A stretch of 64,000 nucleotides of DNA from Gammaproteobacteria bacterium (GTDB lineage Bacteria; Pseudomonadota; Gammaproteobacteria; UBA4575). A program made the translations under genes and the position numbers. Below are positions 1 to 10,038 of the stretch, one piece after another. The notes under the pieces were generated by a model that did not search any database, was not told the origin of the DNA, and was given only the letters and a program-made list of their open reading frames with translations. Each line of letters opens with the position of its first letter. Within the stretch, counting starts at the first letter, position 1. Where the stretch lies: positions 483,280 to 547,279 of the forward strand of contig OZ252002.1 in the NCBI GenBank assembly GCA_965247265.1, in the 5' to 3' direction.

Positions 1-18
1 AAATTTTCTTTTTATTTG

Positions 19-1194
19 TTAAAGTCGAATGCGCATATCACGCAATGTAAATCGATCTGCACCGTAATCTATACCTTTACCTAACACCATGACCTGAAAG
101 CGCTCACTAATGGCAGAGCCTAGTGTAAGCTGTTTAAGTTGGGCAATCTGCGCGATACGTTCCATCTCATCTTGGCCTGATGGCCGCCAGTCAAGTAAGT
201 TATTAGCCAGCATGAAATTACGCTGTGAGCCAAATGACAACACGCCAATTTTAAGCAACGCGGCTGCTTGAGCGACCGCAGTAAAATCCACATCGGTGGT
301 TATATCCTGCAACCCAGGATTGGCAAAAGGATCTTCTGAAAACTGATGTTTAAAATAACATCTTAATGTCCCCATGTTACGTTGTGGGTGGTAATACTCC
401 GTTTGTGGGAACCCATAATCAATCAAAAACATGATGCACTGAGAACAACAGTCAGACCATTTATATAGTGTGTCCTGTATGTTTAGATTTACTTCGCTGC
501 AATAATCATCCTCAAGCGGTTCATTCAGCATAACCGTTAAACAATCAAACGCAGCATCAAGCTTTTCAGTGGGATTACGCAAAGTCCATATTAAGCTTCC
601 TTCATCTTTTAATGTCACACAGCGTTCGTGAACAGATTTATTTTTTACCTGAAAACATTTAACTGGTAGTGCGTCTAAGACTTCATTTGCAATGATAATT
701 GCTGTTTCAATTGTGCATGACAAATCAGGCAACCATTCAATAATAGATAATGAATCAGGAATTTCTTTTTCAAATAGTTTTTTTTGTTTTGCACGCAATG
801 GTGCGCTTGGTTCAAAAATGTAGTAGTGGTTTGGTAACTGATCCCAAGTCTTGAGATAAGAAATAATATTACACGCTAAGATCCCACTACCTGCTCCAAT
901 TTCTAAAATATCTCGTTTTATGTCATCGTGTATTAACATCGCACAGGCATGCGCCAAACAGTACGCAAGGTGTGTTGAAGTTTCTGGCACGGTTGTAAAG
1001 TCGCCCTCACTGCCAAAAATTTCATGCTTGTAACGGTAATACCCTTCTAATGGGTCGTGCAATACAATCTCCATGTACTGATCAAATCCAAGGCTGCCAT
1101 TATGGTTATTTATTTCCTCCCTTACTCGTTTAAAGCAACTATTTGTTAGGGCTTGCCGTGAAGTCGAAAGTGTCATAGATGTAGCATTAGACAT
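19..1194 (-). CDS. Class I SAM-dependent methyltransferase, MidA/NDUFAF7 family
   Basis: Motifs GYY..GDFTT.PE, EIGAGSG, IIANEVLDALP, IDYG, QDITTDVDF. Confidence 0.9.
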   Translation of the reverse strand: MSNATSMTLSTSRQALTNSCFKRVREEINNHNGSLGFDQYMEIVLHDPLEGYYRYKHEIFGSEGDFTTVPETSTHLAYCLAHACAMLIHDDIKRDILEIGAGSGILACNIISYLKTWDQLPNHYYIFEPSAPLRAKQKKLFEKEIPDSLSIIEWLPDLSCTIETAIIIANEVLDALPVKCFQVKNKSVHERCVTLKDEGSLIWTLRNPTEKLDAAFDCLTVMLNEPLEDDYCSEVNLNIQDTLYKWSDCCSQCIMFLIDYGFPQTEYYHPQRNMGTLRCYFKHQFSEDPFANPGLQDITTDVDFTAVAQAAALLKIGVLSFGSQRNFMLANNLLDWRPSGQDEMERIAQIAQLKQLTLGSAISERFQVMVLGKGIDYGADRFTLRDMRIRL

Positions 1195-1254
1195 TCAGTC
1201 AATTTAGAAAAGGTATGTTAGAGTTTAAAACTTAGGAACTAAATAAAAAACGAC

Positions 1255-1992
1255 ATGGGTAATCCGAAAACAGTCATGATAACAGGTGCCGCACGACGTT
1301 TGGGTGCGGAACAGGTAAAGCACTTACATCATTCGGGCATGAACATCATATTACATTATCGTAACTCTGAAAAAGAAGCTGCTTCACTAGCCGACTCACT
1401 TAACACTATCCGCTCAAACTCTGTAAAACTTTTGCAAGGCGATCTTAAGAATTACGCAAGAATTCCAGACTTAATTAAACAGGCAGTTTCTTTATTCAAT
1501 GGTATTGATGTATTAATCAATAACGCATCATCGTTCTATCCTACACATCTCAACGAAATCAATGATGACATATGGGAAGATTTAATTGGCGTTAACCTAA
1601 AAGCACCCATGTTTTTAATTCAAGCGATTGCGCCACATTTAAATTCCACAAAGGGCTGCATAATTAATATCGTTGACATACATGCCGATCGACCTCTTAA
1701 AGACTATCCTGTTTATTGCATAGCAAAAGCGGGCCTTGTAATGCTGACAAAATCGATGGCCAGAGAACTAGCGCCGAATATACGCGTAAACGGCATTTCT
1801 CCAGGTGCCATTATATGGCCAGAAATAGAGCATTATGAAAGTATGCATCAAGAAATTATTTCCCGTACTGCTCTTAAAAGAGAAGGTGAACCAAAAAATA
1901 TTGCCGACACGGCAATATTTTTAATTCAGCACGCCAATTACATTACGGGACAAATTATTGCTGTAGATGGTGGTCGTACACTAAGTAATTAA
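1255..1992 (+). CDS. Pteridine reductase (FolM/PTR1-like SDR)
   Basis: TGAARRLG, NNAS.F, NIVDIH, YCIAK (YxxxK); next to folK/folB. Confidence 0.9.
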   Translation: MGNPKTVMITGAARRLGAEQVKHLHHSGMNIILHYRNSEKEAASLADSLNTIRSNSVKLLQGDLKNYARIPDLIKQAVSLFNGIDVLINNASSFYPTHLNEINDDIWEDLIGVNLKAPMFLIQAIAPHLNSTKGCIINIVDIHADRPLKDYPVYCIAKAGLVMLTKSMARELAPNIRVNGISPGAIIWPEIEHYESMHQEIISRTALKREGEPKNIADTAIFLIQHANYITGQIIAVDGGRTLSN

Positions 1993-2169
1993 TGTACATC
2001 ACGCCTGTTGTTGTCAAGCGCATTATCGATCGCCCACATATATATAGCGGCTGAAAATTCCCATTCATCACTGCTCTCACTGCTATCTGCGCGTGCTGCG
2101 GCAGACCAGCTAAAAAATTAGTATGAATAAAAATAATCCCGTATCCCCCAATCGTATTTTATGAAACAT
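1989..2169 (-). pseudogene. Possible remnant 5' end of a secreted/outer-membrane protein gene
   Basis: Hand translation MFHKIRLGDTGLFLFILIF / frameshift in T6 run at 2112-2117 / SWSAAARADSSESSDEWEFSAAIYMWAID...stop: signal-peptide-like, then a WEF..YMW motif, then truncated. Confidence 0.45.
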
Positions 2170-2199
2170 TATTTCATATCATTAAACATTAACTTAAAA

Positions 2200-2691
2200 T
2201 TATTGGTGAAACGCAAAGTCCACTAACTTCATTTCACCATTCTCTAAACTCGCTTCCCATAATTCATTAATGGTTTGCTGTTCTTCAGGATGCACCACAT
2301 CACCGGCGAGTTCAGATAACGGTTTTAGTACAAAGTTATAACGCAAAATATCGGGATGCGGTACATTGATACCTTCCATTTGCAAAACAAGATCGCCATA
2401 AAGTAATTGATCTAAGTCTAGCGTTCGCGATTCAAACTGCTCTTTACTGCGCGTGCGATCATGCATAGCTTCTATTTCTTTCAGCTTCTGGCTGATCTCT
2501 AGTGGAGATTCGTTGGTATCCAACCCCGCCACCAAATTATGAAAATTATCCCCTTCAAAGCCTACCGCTTTGGTTTCATACACATTAGAAATATCCAATA
2601 GGCCGTAATGTGAGTGTAAAGCCTTTAACGATGATGGAACATTTTTTTCTTTGTCAATATTGCTGCCGATACTAATATAAACACGTGCCAT
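2200..2691 (-). CDS. folK: 2-amino-4-hydroxy-6-hydroxymethyldihydropteridine diphosphokinase
   Basis: YISIGSN, RTLDLD.LLYG, VPHPDI. Confidence 0.95.
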   Translation of the reverse strand: MARVYISIGSNIDKEKNVPSSLKALHSHYGLLDISNVYETKAVGFEGDNFHNLVAGLDTNESPLEISQKLKEIEAMHDRTRSKEQFESRTLDLDQLLYGDLVLQMEGINVPHPDILRYNFVLKPLSELAGDVVHPEEQQTINELWEASLENGEMKLVDFAFHQ

Positions 2692-3050
2692 CAGCTACTC
2701 CTTTCACCGCGTTCAATAGTTATACCAACATCCCGCGAACCACGTATGGCACCTAGCTTGCTGATGGTGACACGCACCCACGGAACATTGAATTCATTAA
2801 GCATAATTTCAGCTACCTTTTCAATTAAGGTCTCAATCAGCTCATAGCGACTTTCTTCTACAAACTGCACAATACGCTTGGAAATTGCCTTGTAATCCAA
2901 GGCATTATCAATTGAATCGCTCGCGGCAGCCTTTGAAATATCAGTGCCCATCTCAAGATTAACACGCACTTTTTGTTTAATACGCTTTTCCCACTCGAAT
3001 ATACCAATGGTGGCATCAATCTCCAGATCACGCAGAAAAATTATGTCCAT
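2691..3050 (-). CDS. folB: Dihydroneopterin aldolase
   Basis: IGIFEWE...Q, LDY, LIETL.E, VGITIER. Confidence 0.96.
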   Translation of the reverse strand: MDIIFLRDLEIDATIGIFEWEKRIKQKVRVNLEMGTDISKAAASDSIDNALDYKAISKRIVQFVEESRYELIETLIEKVAEIMLNEFNVPWVRVTISKLGAIRGSRDVGITIERGERSS

Positions 3051-3113
3051 TTGTTATTTCTTAGCCCTTTTTGAATATAAATGCTATCTTTTAACGTTTC
3101 ACGGAAGCTTTGC

Positions 3114-3142
3114 TTGTACCATAAAAGTGATTCTGATATCTT
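3114..3142 (+). promoter_or_regulatory. Putative sigma70 promoter of rpmB-rpmG
   Basis: TTGTAC-17-TATCTT with TG extension, followed by a GC-rich discriminator (CACGCGCC). Confidence 0.5.
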
Positions 3143-3178
3143 CACGCGCCCAATTCTGATGAATTTTAAGTAAAAATC

Positions 3179-3415
3179 ATGTCACGCGTCTGCCAAGTCA
3201 CCGGGAAAAAACCTGCCTCAGGCAATAACGTATCCCATGCCCATAATAAAACAAGGCGTCGTTTTATGCCTAATCTCAAATCACACCGCTTTTGGGTGGA
3301 AAGTGAAAATAAGTGGGTGAAATTACGGGTATCTACTAAAGGCATGCGTATTATTGATAAAAAAGGGATTGATGAAGTGCTGGTCGACTTACGTAAGCGT
3401 GGTATCAAAGTATAG
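3179..3415 (+). CDS. rpmB: 50S ribosomal protein L28
   Basis: [28 protein letters not shown]. Confidence 0.99.
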   Translation: MSRVCQVTGKKPASGNNVSHAHNKTRRRFMPNLKSHRFWVESENKWVKLRVSTKGMRIIDKKGIDEVLVDLRKRGIKV

Positions 3416-3446
3416 TATTTAATTTTTTTCTCAAGAATATTTCATC

Positions 3447-3614
3447 ATGGCAAAATCAGTACGCGAAAAAATCAAACTAGTCTCTAGTGCAGGTACAGGG
3501 CATTACTACACCACCAGCAAAAACAAACGCACTATGCCTGACAAAATTGAAATTAAAAAATATGACCCCGTCGTGCGCAAGCATGTCGTCTATAAAGAAG
3601 CGAAAATAAAGTAA
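3447..3614 (+). CDS. rpmG: 50S ribosomal protein L33 (zinc-free type; absent from ORF track)
   Basis: Hand translation [55 protein letters not shown], directly after rpmB. Confidence 0.98.
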   Translation: MAKSVREKIKLVSSAGTGHYYTTSKNKRTMPDKIEIKKYDPVVRKHVVYKEAKIK

Positions 3615-3618
3615 AACG

Positions 3619-4797
3619 TTATAATGCTGGTTGTAAAGCGTAGCAGCGCAAACTCTGTGCATATTCTTGTAGAACTTTAATCCCTGTCGCTTCAGCTTCT
3701 TTACACCATTTAATAATTGCCTGTATTAAACGCTCATGGTTTGCATAGGATTCATTCCAAAGTTCTTGTAGCCGAGTACGAAATTCATAGACAATTTTCA
3801 GCGTTTCACTATTTTGCAACAGCTCTTGCAAATATTTTCTATGCAACGGCTTCAAGCGGCTGTCGTCACGCACTAATGCAGTACGCATTTGTCGCACAAG
3901 CTTTTGATAACGTGCATCAAAATCTGGAAGCTCGGTTTTAAATGTTGGCAATGTCACCCGTTGTGCGTAATCTGCCATAATATGCAATTTGGTTGAAATA
4001 ATTGCCTTAGCCGTTTCAATATCTACACAGTCTTTGTTTATTAATCTTGTAGGATTTGGCGCACATCTGCGCACTTTAGCTAATCGCAGAAAACTTAAAA
4101 TCTGAATATAGAACCATCCTAAATCAACCTCCCACCATTTGCTGGAAAACTTTGCGGAACTAGGATAGGCATGATGATTATTATGCAATTCTTCACCGCC
4201 AATAATAAAACCAAGGTTTACAATATTGGTAGAACCATCTTTTGTTTCAAAATTACGATACCCCCAATAATGCCCAATGCCATTTATAATTCCCGCCGCA
4301 GTAAGTGGAATCCAAATCATTTGCACAACCCAAATTGCAATCCCGATAAAGCCAAATAAAATAAAATTTAAAATAAAAAGCATTACAAGACCGTAATAGC
4401 TAAACCGCTTGTAAACATTTCTTTCAATCCAATCATCGGGTGTCCCATGCCCATAATTTTCAAGTGTTTTAGGAATATTTGCTTCGTCTTTATATAAAAG
4501 CGCGCCTTTCCAAAATACTGTGCTAATTCCTTTTGTATGTGGGCTATGTGGATCTTCTTGTGTTTCAGTTTTTGCATGATGCTTCCGATGCACAGCCACC
4601 CATTCTTTTGTCACCATTCCTGTTGTGGCCCATAACCAAAGTCGAAAAAAATGAGAAACTAATGGATGCAAGTCCAATGCACAATGCGCTTGGCAGCGGT
4701 GCAGGTATAAAGTGACAGATGCAATAGTGATATGGGTCAGTATGAACGTGAGAACGATGTATCCCCACCATGGTAGTGCTATCAATCCATCTAACAT
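3619..4797 (-). CDS. Membrane fatty-acid (delta-9-type) desaturase, DesA family
   Basis: His boxes HRCQAH, HRKHH, ELHNNHH; TM helices; helical C-terminal extension. Confidence 0.92.
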   Translation of the reverse strand: MLDGLIALPWWGYIVLTFILTHITIASVTLYLHRCQAHCALDLHPLVSHFFRLWLWATTGMVTKEWVAVHRKHHAKTETQEDPHSPHTKGISTVFWKGALLYKDEANIPKTLENYGHGTPDDWIERNVYKRFSYYGLVMLFILNFILFGFIGIAIWVVQMIWIPLTAAGIINGIGHYWGYRNFETKDGSTNIVNLGFIIGGEELHNNHHAYPSSAKFSSKWWEVDLGWFYIQILSFLRLAKVRRCAPNPTRLINKDCVDIETAKAIISTKLHIMADYAQRVTLPTFKTELPDFDARYQKLVRQMRTALVRDDSRLKPLHRKYLQELLQNSETLKIVYEFRTRLQELWNESYANHERLIQAIIKWCKEAEATGIKVLQEYAQSLRCYALQPAL

Positions 4798-4934
4798 GTA
4801 ATCGATCCTAGTTTGCGGAAGAATTTAAATTTAAACGCGCATGGAAGCCTATTGTTACTATGCAAATCATACTTGCTGGCAATGGATAGGGGCAAGTGCA
4901 ATAAGATAATCGGCATTCTGAATTTGACACCTGA

Positions 4935-6896
4935 TTAAATTTTATCCATTTGCTCTAGTAAAATGCCTCCTGGCCCTTGCAATGATGCGCGCCAGTATGG
5001 CGCTATATATAGGGTTGCCTCTTTTTCGACAATGATGGCGGGTCCTATAAGTTCTTGTTTTTCACGCATTTCTATTCGTTTATACACTGGAACTTGTCGG
5101 TTAAGTTCATATACAGTTACATTTTCTACTGCCGATCCTGATTTGTCTCGATATGCTGGGGAAGGCGGTATCACGGCTGATTGACCACTTGCGGTAAGTC
5201 GAACATTAACCAGTTCAACAGGCATATTTAAGACATATCCATAACGACGTTGATGTTGCTGGTGAAATTCATCAATACATGTTTTGATATCGAGCCACGA
5301 AAGTTTTAAGGCAGAAGACTGCCCGTGATAGCGCAACTCTATTTCTCGTTTAAATTTTAATGCTGTTGTTTCCTCATTTTTTAAATCACTGCAAATTTTT
5401 TCCTTGAGTTGCGAAAAAATATTTTCAATTTCAGTATTTTCACAATCATCCAGTAACATGAGATGTGTTTGCGAAATTTCTTTCCCTGGTGGTGCAATCA
5501 GTAACCCAAGCGCAGATAGAACGCCTGCATGTTCCGGAACCAACGCATAGCGCATATTAAGCGCAGTTGCCAAATCACACACGTGCAACCCACCCGCTCC
5601 TCCAAAACTTACCAGTGTAAAATTTTTTGGATCATGCCCGCGGTGTACAGACATCACACGCAACGCTTGTACCATTTGCTCACTAGCAATGCGCACAATA
5701 CCTTGTGCACATGCTTTAAGTTCTAATTTTAATTGACTAGCAATATTTTCTACTGCGTTTACAGCAGCTTCGTAGTCGAGCGTTAAACTTCCTGCAAGTT
5801 TACAACGAGTTGGTAAACGTCCTAGCACAACGTGTGCATCTGTAACGGTCGCCAACGCTCCACCTTGACCATAACATGCAGGTCCTGGTTCAGCCCCTGC
5901 TGATTCTGGCCCAACCTGCAGTAAGCCGCCTTCATCTATCCACGCAATAGAACCGCCTCCAGCGCCAATGGTGTGGATGTCCAGCATAGGTACTGCAATA
6001 GGTAAGTCTGCAATTTTTGCACTATTAGTTAATTTAAAGTCTTTGTTAATGATGGATACATCCGTTGATGTCCCTCCCATATCAAACGTAAGTAACTGAG
6101 TATGCCCAATATTTTTACCGGCATGCATGCTCCCCCACAAGCCGCCCGCTGGCCCTGATAACAATAACCGTACTGCATTATTTTGCGCGGCTCTTGCGCT
6201 AATAGTTAGGCCATGACTTTGCATTACTGATATTTGAGCTGCAGGTAATTGCTTACGCAAGTTTGACAAGTAGCCGTGTATAACAGGCCCTAAGTAACTA
6301 TTAAGCCAGGTAGCGAGTCCACGTTCATATTCTTTATATTCTGCTAAAACCTCGGATGATATTGATACAAAAAATTGATTATTGAACCGATCACGAATCT
6401 CTCGCTCATAACGATCTTCTACAAATGAAAACAACAAACATATTGCAATTGCCTCAACATCAAGTTGCTTAATCTTTGCGGTGAGATCGTCAAGTTCATC
6501 GACTAATAACGGTTGTAATGTTTGGCCTTGAGCATTAATTCTTCCACCCACCTCAAAACATAACGTTGAATCAATAATTGATCGCCCTTTTTTAGGTGTA
6601 AGATTGTATAATTCACGGCGCGTTTGACGACCAATTAACAAAAGATCTTTAAAACCATGATTGGTAATAAAAACAGTGCGGGCGCCTTTGCCTTCTAAAA
6701 GTGCATTAGTTGCCACCGTTGTTCCATGTACAATATGCAAATCATTACTATCTATCCTCAATGCAGTGATACCATTAAGTATGGCGCGCTCAGGTGCGCT
6801 AGGGGTTGATAATTCCTTATGTACGCGCAAATAATGCCCATCATAATAAACAAAATCTGTAAATGTCCCGCCGGTGTCTATTCCAAGAATTTGCAT
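4935..6896 (-). CDS. Hydantoinase/oxoprolinase family protein (A/ATP-binding subunit)
   Basis: GIDTGGTFTD, HGTTVATNALLE, SGPAGG, DMGGTSTD, IGAGGGS, GPESAGA.PGPACYG. Confidence 0.93.
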   Translation of the reverse strand: MQILGIDTGGTFTDFVYYDGHYLRVHKELSTPSAPERAILNGITALRIDSNDLHIVHGTTVATNALLEGKGARTVFITNHGFKDLLLIGRQTRRELYNLTPKKGRSIIDSTLCFEVGGRINAQGQTLQPLLVDELDDLTAKIKQLDVEAIAICLLFSFVEDRYEREIRDRFNNQFFVSISSEVLAEYKEYERGLATWLNSYLGPVIHGYLSNLRKQLPAAQISVMQSHGLTISARAAQNNAVRLLLSGPAGGLWGSMHAGKNIGHTQLLTFDMGGTSTDVSIINKDFKLTNSAKIADLPIAVPMLDIHTIGAGGGSIAWIDEGGLLQVGPESAGAEPGPACYGQGGALATVTDAHVVLGRLPTRCKLAGSLTLDYEAAVNAVENIASQLKLELKACAQGIVRIASEQMVQALRVMSVHRGHDPKNFTLVSFGGAGGLHVCDLATALNMRYALVPEHAGVLSALGLLIAPPGKEISQTHLMLLDDCENTEIENIFSQLKEKICSDLKNEETTALKFKREIELRYHGQSSALKLSWLDIKTCIDEFHQQHQRRYGYVLNMPVELVNVRLTASGQSAVIPPSPAYRDKSGSAVENVTVYELNRQVPVYKRIEMREKQELIGPAIIVEKEATLYIAPYWRASLQGPGGILLEQMDKI

Positions 6897-6925
6897 TGTA
6901 ATATTGTAGTGAAAAGACTTATCTA

Positions 6926-7870
6926 ATGACGCAAGAAATTTTATTATCCGTAGAAAATCTTTCGCGTAGCTTCGATAATCATACGGTTATTCATAATCTA
7001 AGTTTTAAAATTCATCGAGGTGAGGTGGTCGCTTTGCTCGGCACCAATGGTGCCGGTAAGTCTACAGCCTTAAATGTAATTACAGGTAACTTAAATCCTG
7101 ATGCCGGTAATGTGCAAATCTGTAATATTGATATTTTCACAAAACCAAAGCAGGCAAAAAATAATTTAGGTTATTTGCCAGATACCCCTCCCCTGTATAG
7201 AGAATTAAATGTACATGAGTTCTTGGAATTTGCTGCGCGCTTACATGGTATAGAACGAAAATTAGTTAAACAAAGTATAGAAGAGGTCGTTGATACATGC
7301 GGATTACAATCTGTACAACATAAGCTTATTTCTAATTTATCTAAAGGGTATCAACAACGTGTAGGCATTGCGCAAGCCGTAATCCATCATCCTGCACTGG
7401 TGATATTAGACGAACCTACAATTGGTTTAGATCCGGTACAAATGCAAGATATTCGAACCTTATTACATAAGCTTTCCGGTGATCACAGTGTGTTGCTTTC
7501 TACGCATATGCTGTCTGAAGCAGAGTCAACTTGTGATCGCGTGTTAATCATAAACAAAGGTGAGCTTTTACTTGATCAAGCTTTACAAGATTTAAATAAA
7601 AATCCTAGGAAACGTGTGAAACTGCGCTTTCGCAACAATCCAACCGTTGAAGACCTCAATTCAATCGCAGGTTGTGAATCTGTAAGTTGTTCTCAATATG
7701 GAAATTTCGTATGTCGTTATAACAATACCAATTTTATACAACACGTTCAAACCATGGCTTTACGAAGCAATTGGCAGTTAGATGAAATTGTGCCGGTTGC
7801 CAGCACTTTAGAACAAGTATTTTTAGATCTTGTTGTACGCGATTCAACCACAGAAAATACATCTTTATAA
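6926..7870 (+). CDS. ABC transporter ATP-binding subunit (GldA-like)
   Basis: Walker A GTNGAGKS, signature LSKGYQQR, Walker B ILDEP. Confidence 0.92.
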   Translation: MTQEILLSVENLSRSFDNHTVIHNLSFKIHRGEVVALLGTNGAGKSTALNVITGNLNPDAGNVQICNIDIFTKPKQAKNNLGYLPDTPPLYRELNVHEFLEFAARLHGIERKLVKQSIEEVVDTCGLQSVQHKLISNLSKGYQQRVGIAQAVIHHPALVILDEPTIGLDPVQMQDIRTLLHKLSGDHSVLLSTHMLSEAESTCDRVLIINKGELLLDQALQDLNKNPRKRVKLRFRNNPTVEDLNSIAGCESVSCSQYGNFVCRYNNTNFIQHVQTMALRSNWQLDEIVPVASTLEQVFLDLVVRDSTTENTSL

Positions 7871-7871
7871 A

Positions 7872-8624
7872 ATGATCTGTCTCATCACTCGTAATGAATT
7901 TAAACGCGTATGGTATTCGCCTATAGCATGGATACTATTTGCCGTTGCGCTGTTTGTGCTTGGCTTGCTGCTACTTATTTTACTCAGTAATTTTTATAGT
8001 GAAATTCAAGCTAAACTTGTGCATTTGGAACGCGCACCTGGATTAACAGATCTTGTTATTGCCCCCTATTTATTTTGGGTGGGTATTATTGGTGCATTAA
8101 TTGTCCCATTGTTTGCAGTACGCAGCTGCACCGAAGAACGCTATCGCGGTGCCAATTTATTGTTAAGCAGCGCCCCCATCAGTACATTACAAATAGTTTT
8201 GGGCATATACTCTTCGCTTGTACTATTAACCTTAATTTATACATTTATATGCAGTTTATTTGCACTTGTGCTTGGTTACTTCACATCCATTGATTATGGG
8301 AAAATTGCAGCTGCCTGTTTAGGGGTATTCTTATTCATTGGTTCCTTCAATGCAGCTGCATTGTATTTAGCGAGCCTTACACGAACACCCATTGTTGCAA
8401 CAGCAGCAATACTAGGACTACTACTCGTCTTTGTGATGTTGTACATGTCAGGATCAGCAACCGCGAGTAGCAGTAAATTATTCTTATACTTATCAAATAT
8501 CCCGCACTTTGCTGGATTAATTTCTGGATCTGTAGATACGACTGATATCACTTATTTTATTTTATTCGTGGTTTTATTTCTCAGTTTAAGTGTTCGAAAA
8601 CTTTACCAAAAAAACTCGTTGTAA
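7872..8624 (+). CDS. ABC-2 permease (GldF-like)
   Basis: Six hydrophobic segments, SPIAW, EERY..LL; ATG at 7872 just after upstream stop. Confidence 0.85.
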   Translation: MICLITRNEFKRVWYSPIAWILFAVALFVLGLLLLILLSNFYSEIQAKLVHLERAPGLTDLVIAPYLFWVGIIGALIVPLFAVRSCTEERYRGANLLLSSAPISTLQIVLGIYSSLVLLTLIYTFICSLFALVLGYFTSIDYGKIAAACLGVFLFIGSFNAAALYLASLTRTPIVATAAILGLLLVFVMLYMSGSATASSSKLFLYLSNIPHFAGLISGSVDTTDITYFILFVVLFLSLSVRKLYQKNSL

Positions 8625-8638
8625 TTACCCATTAAACT

Positions 8639-9982
8639 GTGAAATTAAAATCAAAAATTTTAAGCTGGATAAGCATCTTGCTTTTGTTGCTTGGTATAGG
8701 AGCATGCGCCTGGTTAACACAACAATATCATTGGGTATTTGATTGGACGCGTGATAATCGCAATACGCTTACGGAAACGAGTCGTTCAGTCCTAGAGCAT
8801 GTTGATCAGACTTTGCATTTGACAATACTTGCACGTAACTCAGCAACGGAACGACAACAATTTCAACGCTTAATAGATAAATATAAAAAGTTTAAAACAG
8901 GAATTGAATTAAAATTTTTAGATTCCGACACAGAACTTGACCAAGCAAATAAATTACATCTTTATAATGCTGGCCAACTGCGTATTGATTATAAAACTCA
9001 ATATGAAATTGTAGATCGGATCAGTGAACGTGAAATTTCAAATGCAATACAGCACTTAAGCCGTGACAAAAAATCCTGGGTAGTGTTTTTATCTGGGCAT
9101 GGTGAGCGCGACCCTTTTAATGAGGATAATCAAGGTTACAGTACATTAAAAGAAACACTTGAATCAGGCGGGGTTGAAGTTCAAAACATTAATTTATTAG
9201 AAACTACCACAATCCCAGATAATATTTCGGTGTTGGTCTTGGCGGCTCCACAAGCTGAATTACTCGAAGGTGAAGAGAAATTAATCATCAATTTTATTGA
9301 TCGCGGCGGAAACTTATTATGGATGCATGAACCAGGTCGTAATAAACAACTTACATTGCTTGCACAAAAGTTCGGGTTATCCTGGATTGATGGCACCATT
9401 ATCGATGCAAATAAGCGACTGCGATCTATTTTAGGAATACAGCACCCTGCTGTTGTACCGGTAATCGAATATCAAGATCATGTCATTACAAAAAATTTAA
9501 ATAGCCAAACCTTGTATCCGTTTGCAGTAGGGCTCGAAGTGGATCCAGAACCGGATTGGGTATTACAGCCACTATTTTACTCATTACCACGTGCGTGGTC
9601 CGAAACGAATCTTCTGTCAGGGGAAAATGTTGTATTCAACAGCGATGAAGGTGACACAGCCGGCCCATTATTGATGGCCACCGCTTTGGTGCGTATCAAT
9701 AAAGATAAAGCTATACAACGCATTATAATTATTGGTGATAGTGATTTTATGGCGAATAGCTATATTGGTCATGGCGAAAATCTCTCATTAAGTGTAAGTG
9801 TATTACACTGGCTCGCCAATGAAGATGAGCGTATTTCATTAATGCCCTATCAGCCCCCTGATATTGCCATTGAATTTAGCAATGCTGCAATTGCTAGTCT
9901 GGCAAGTGGCTATTTGTTAGTGGTGCCTCTTGGTGTAATGTTGATTGGCGTGTTTATTGGAATGCGCAGACGTAAAGCATAA
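8639..9982 (+). CDS. GldG-family ABC auxiliary component
   Basis: DWTRD.RNTL, FLSGHGE, IIGDSDF..N, N- and C-terminal TM anchors. Confidence 0.88.
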   Translation: MKLKSKILSWISILLLLLGIGACAWLTQQYHWVFDWTRDNRNTLTETSRSVLEHVDQTLHLTILARNSATERQQFQRLIDKYKKFKTGIELKFLDSDTELDQANKLHLYNAGQLRIDYKTQYEIVDRISEREISNAIQHLSRDKKSWVVFLSGHGERDPFNEDNQGYSTLKETLESGGVEVQNINLLETTTIPDNISVLVLAAPQAELLEGEEKLIINFIDRGGNLLWMHEPGRNKQLTLLAQKFGLSWIDGTIIDANKRLRSILGIQHPAVVPVIEYQDHVITKNLNSQTLYPFAVGLEVDPEPDWVLQPLFYSLPRAWSETNLLSGENVVFNSDEGDTAGPLLMATALVRINKDKAIQRIIIIGDSDFMANSYIGHGENLSLSVSVLHWLANEDERISLMPYQPPDIAIEFSNAAIASLASGYLLVVPLGVMLIGVFIGMRRRKA

Positions 9983-10038
9983 TTATAAAATTAATAACTT
10001 AGCTGGCGAGAACTGGAAAGGAACGTTACAGTTACATT

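Noticed and set aside
3619-4000. Desaturase C-terminal domain as a transposase fragment
   Set aside because: This helical tail is a normal part of proteobacterial DesA proteins; no IS ends or DDE motif seen
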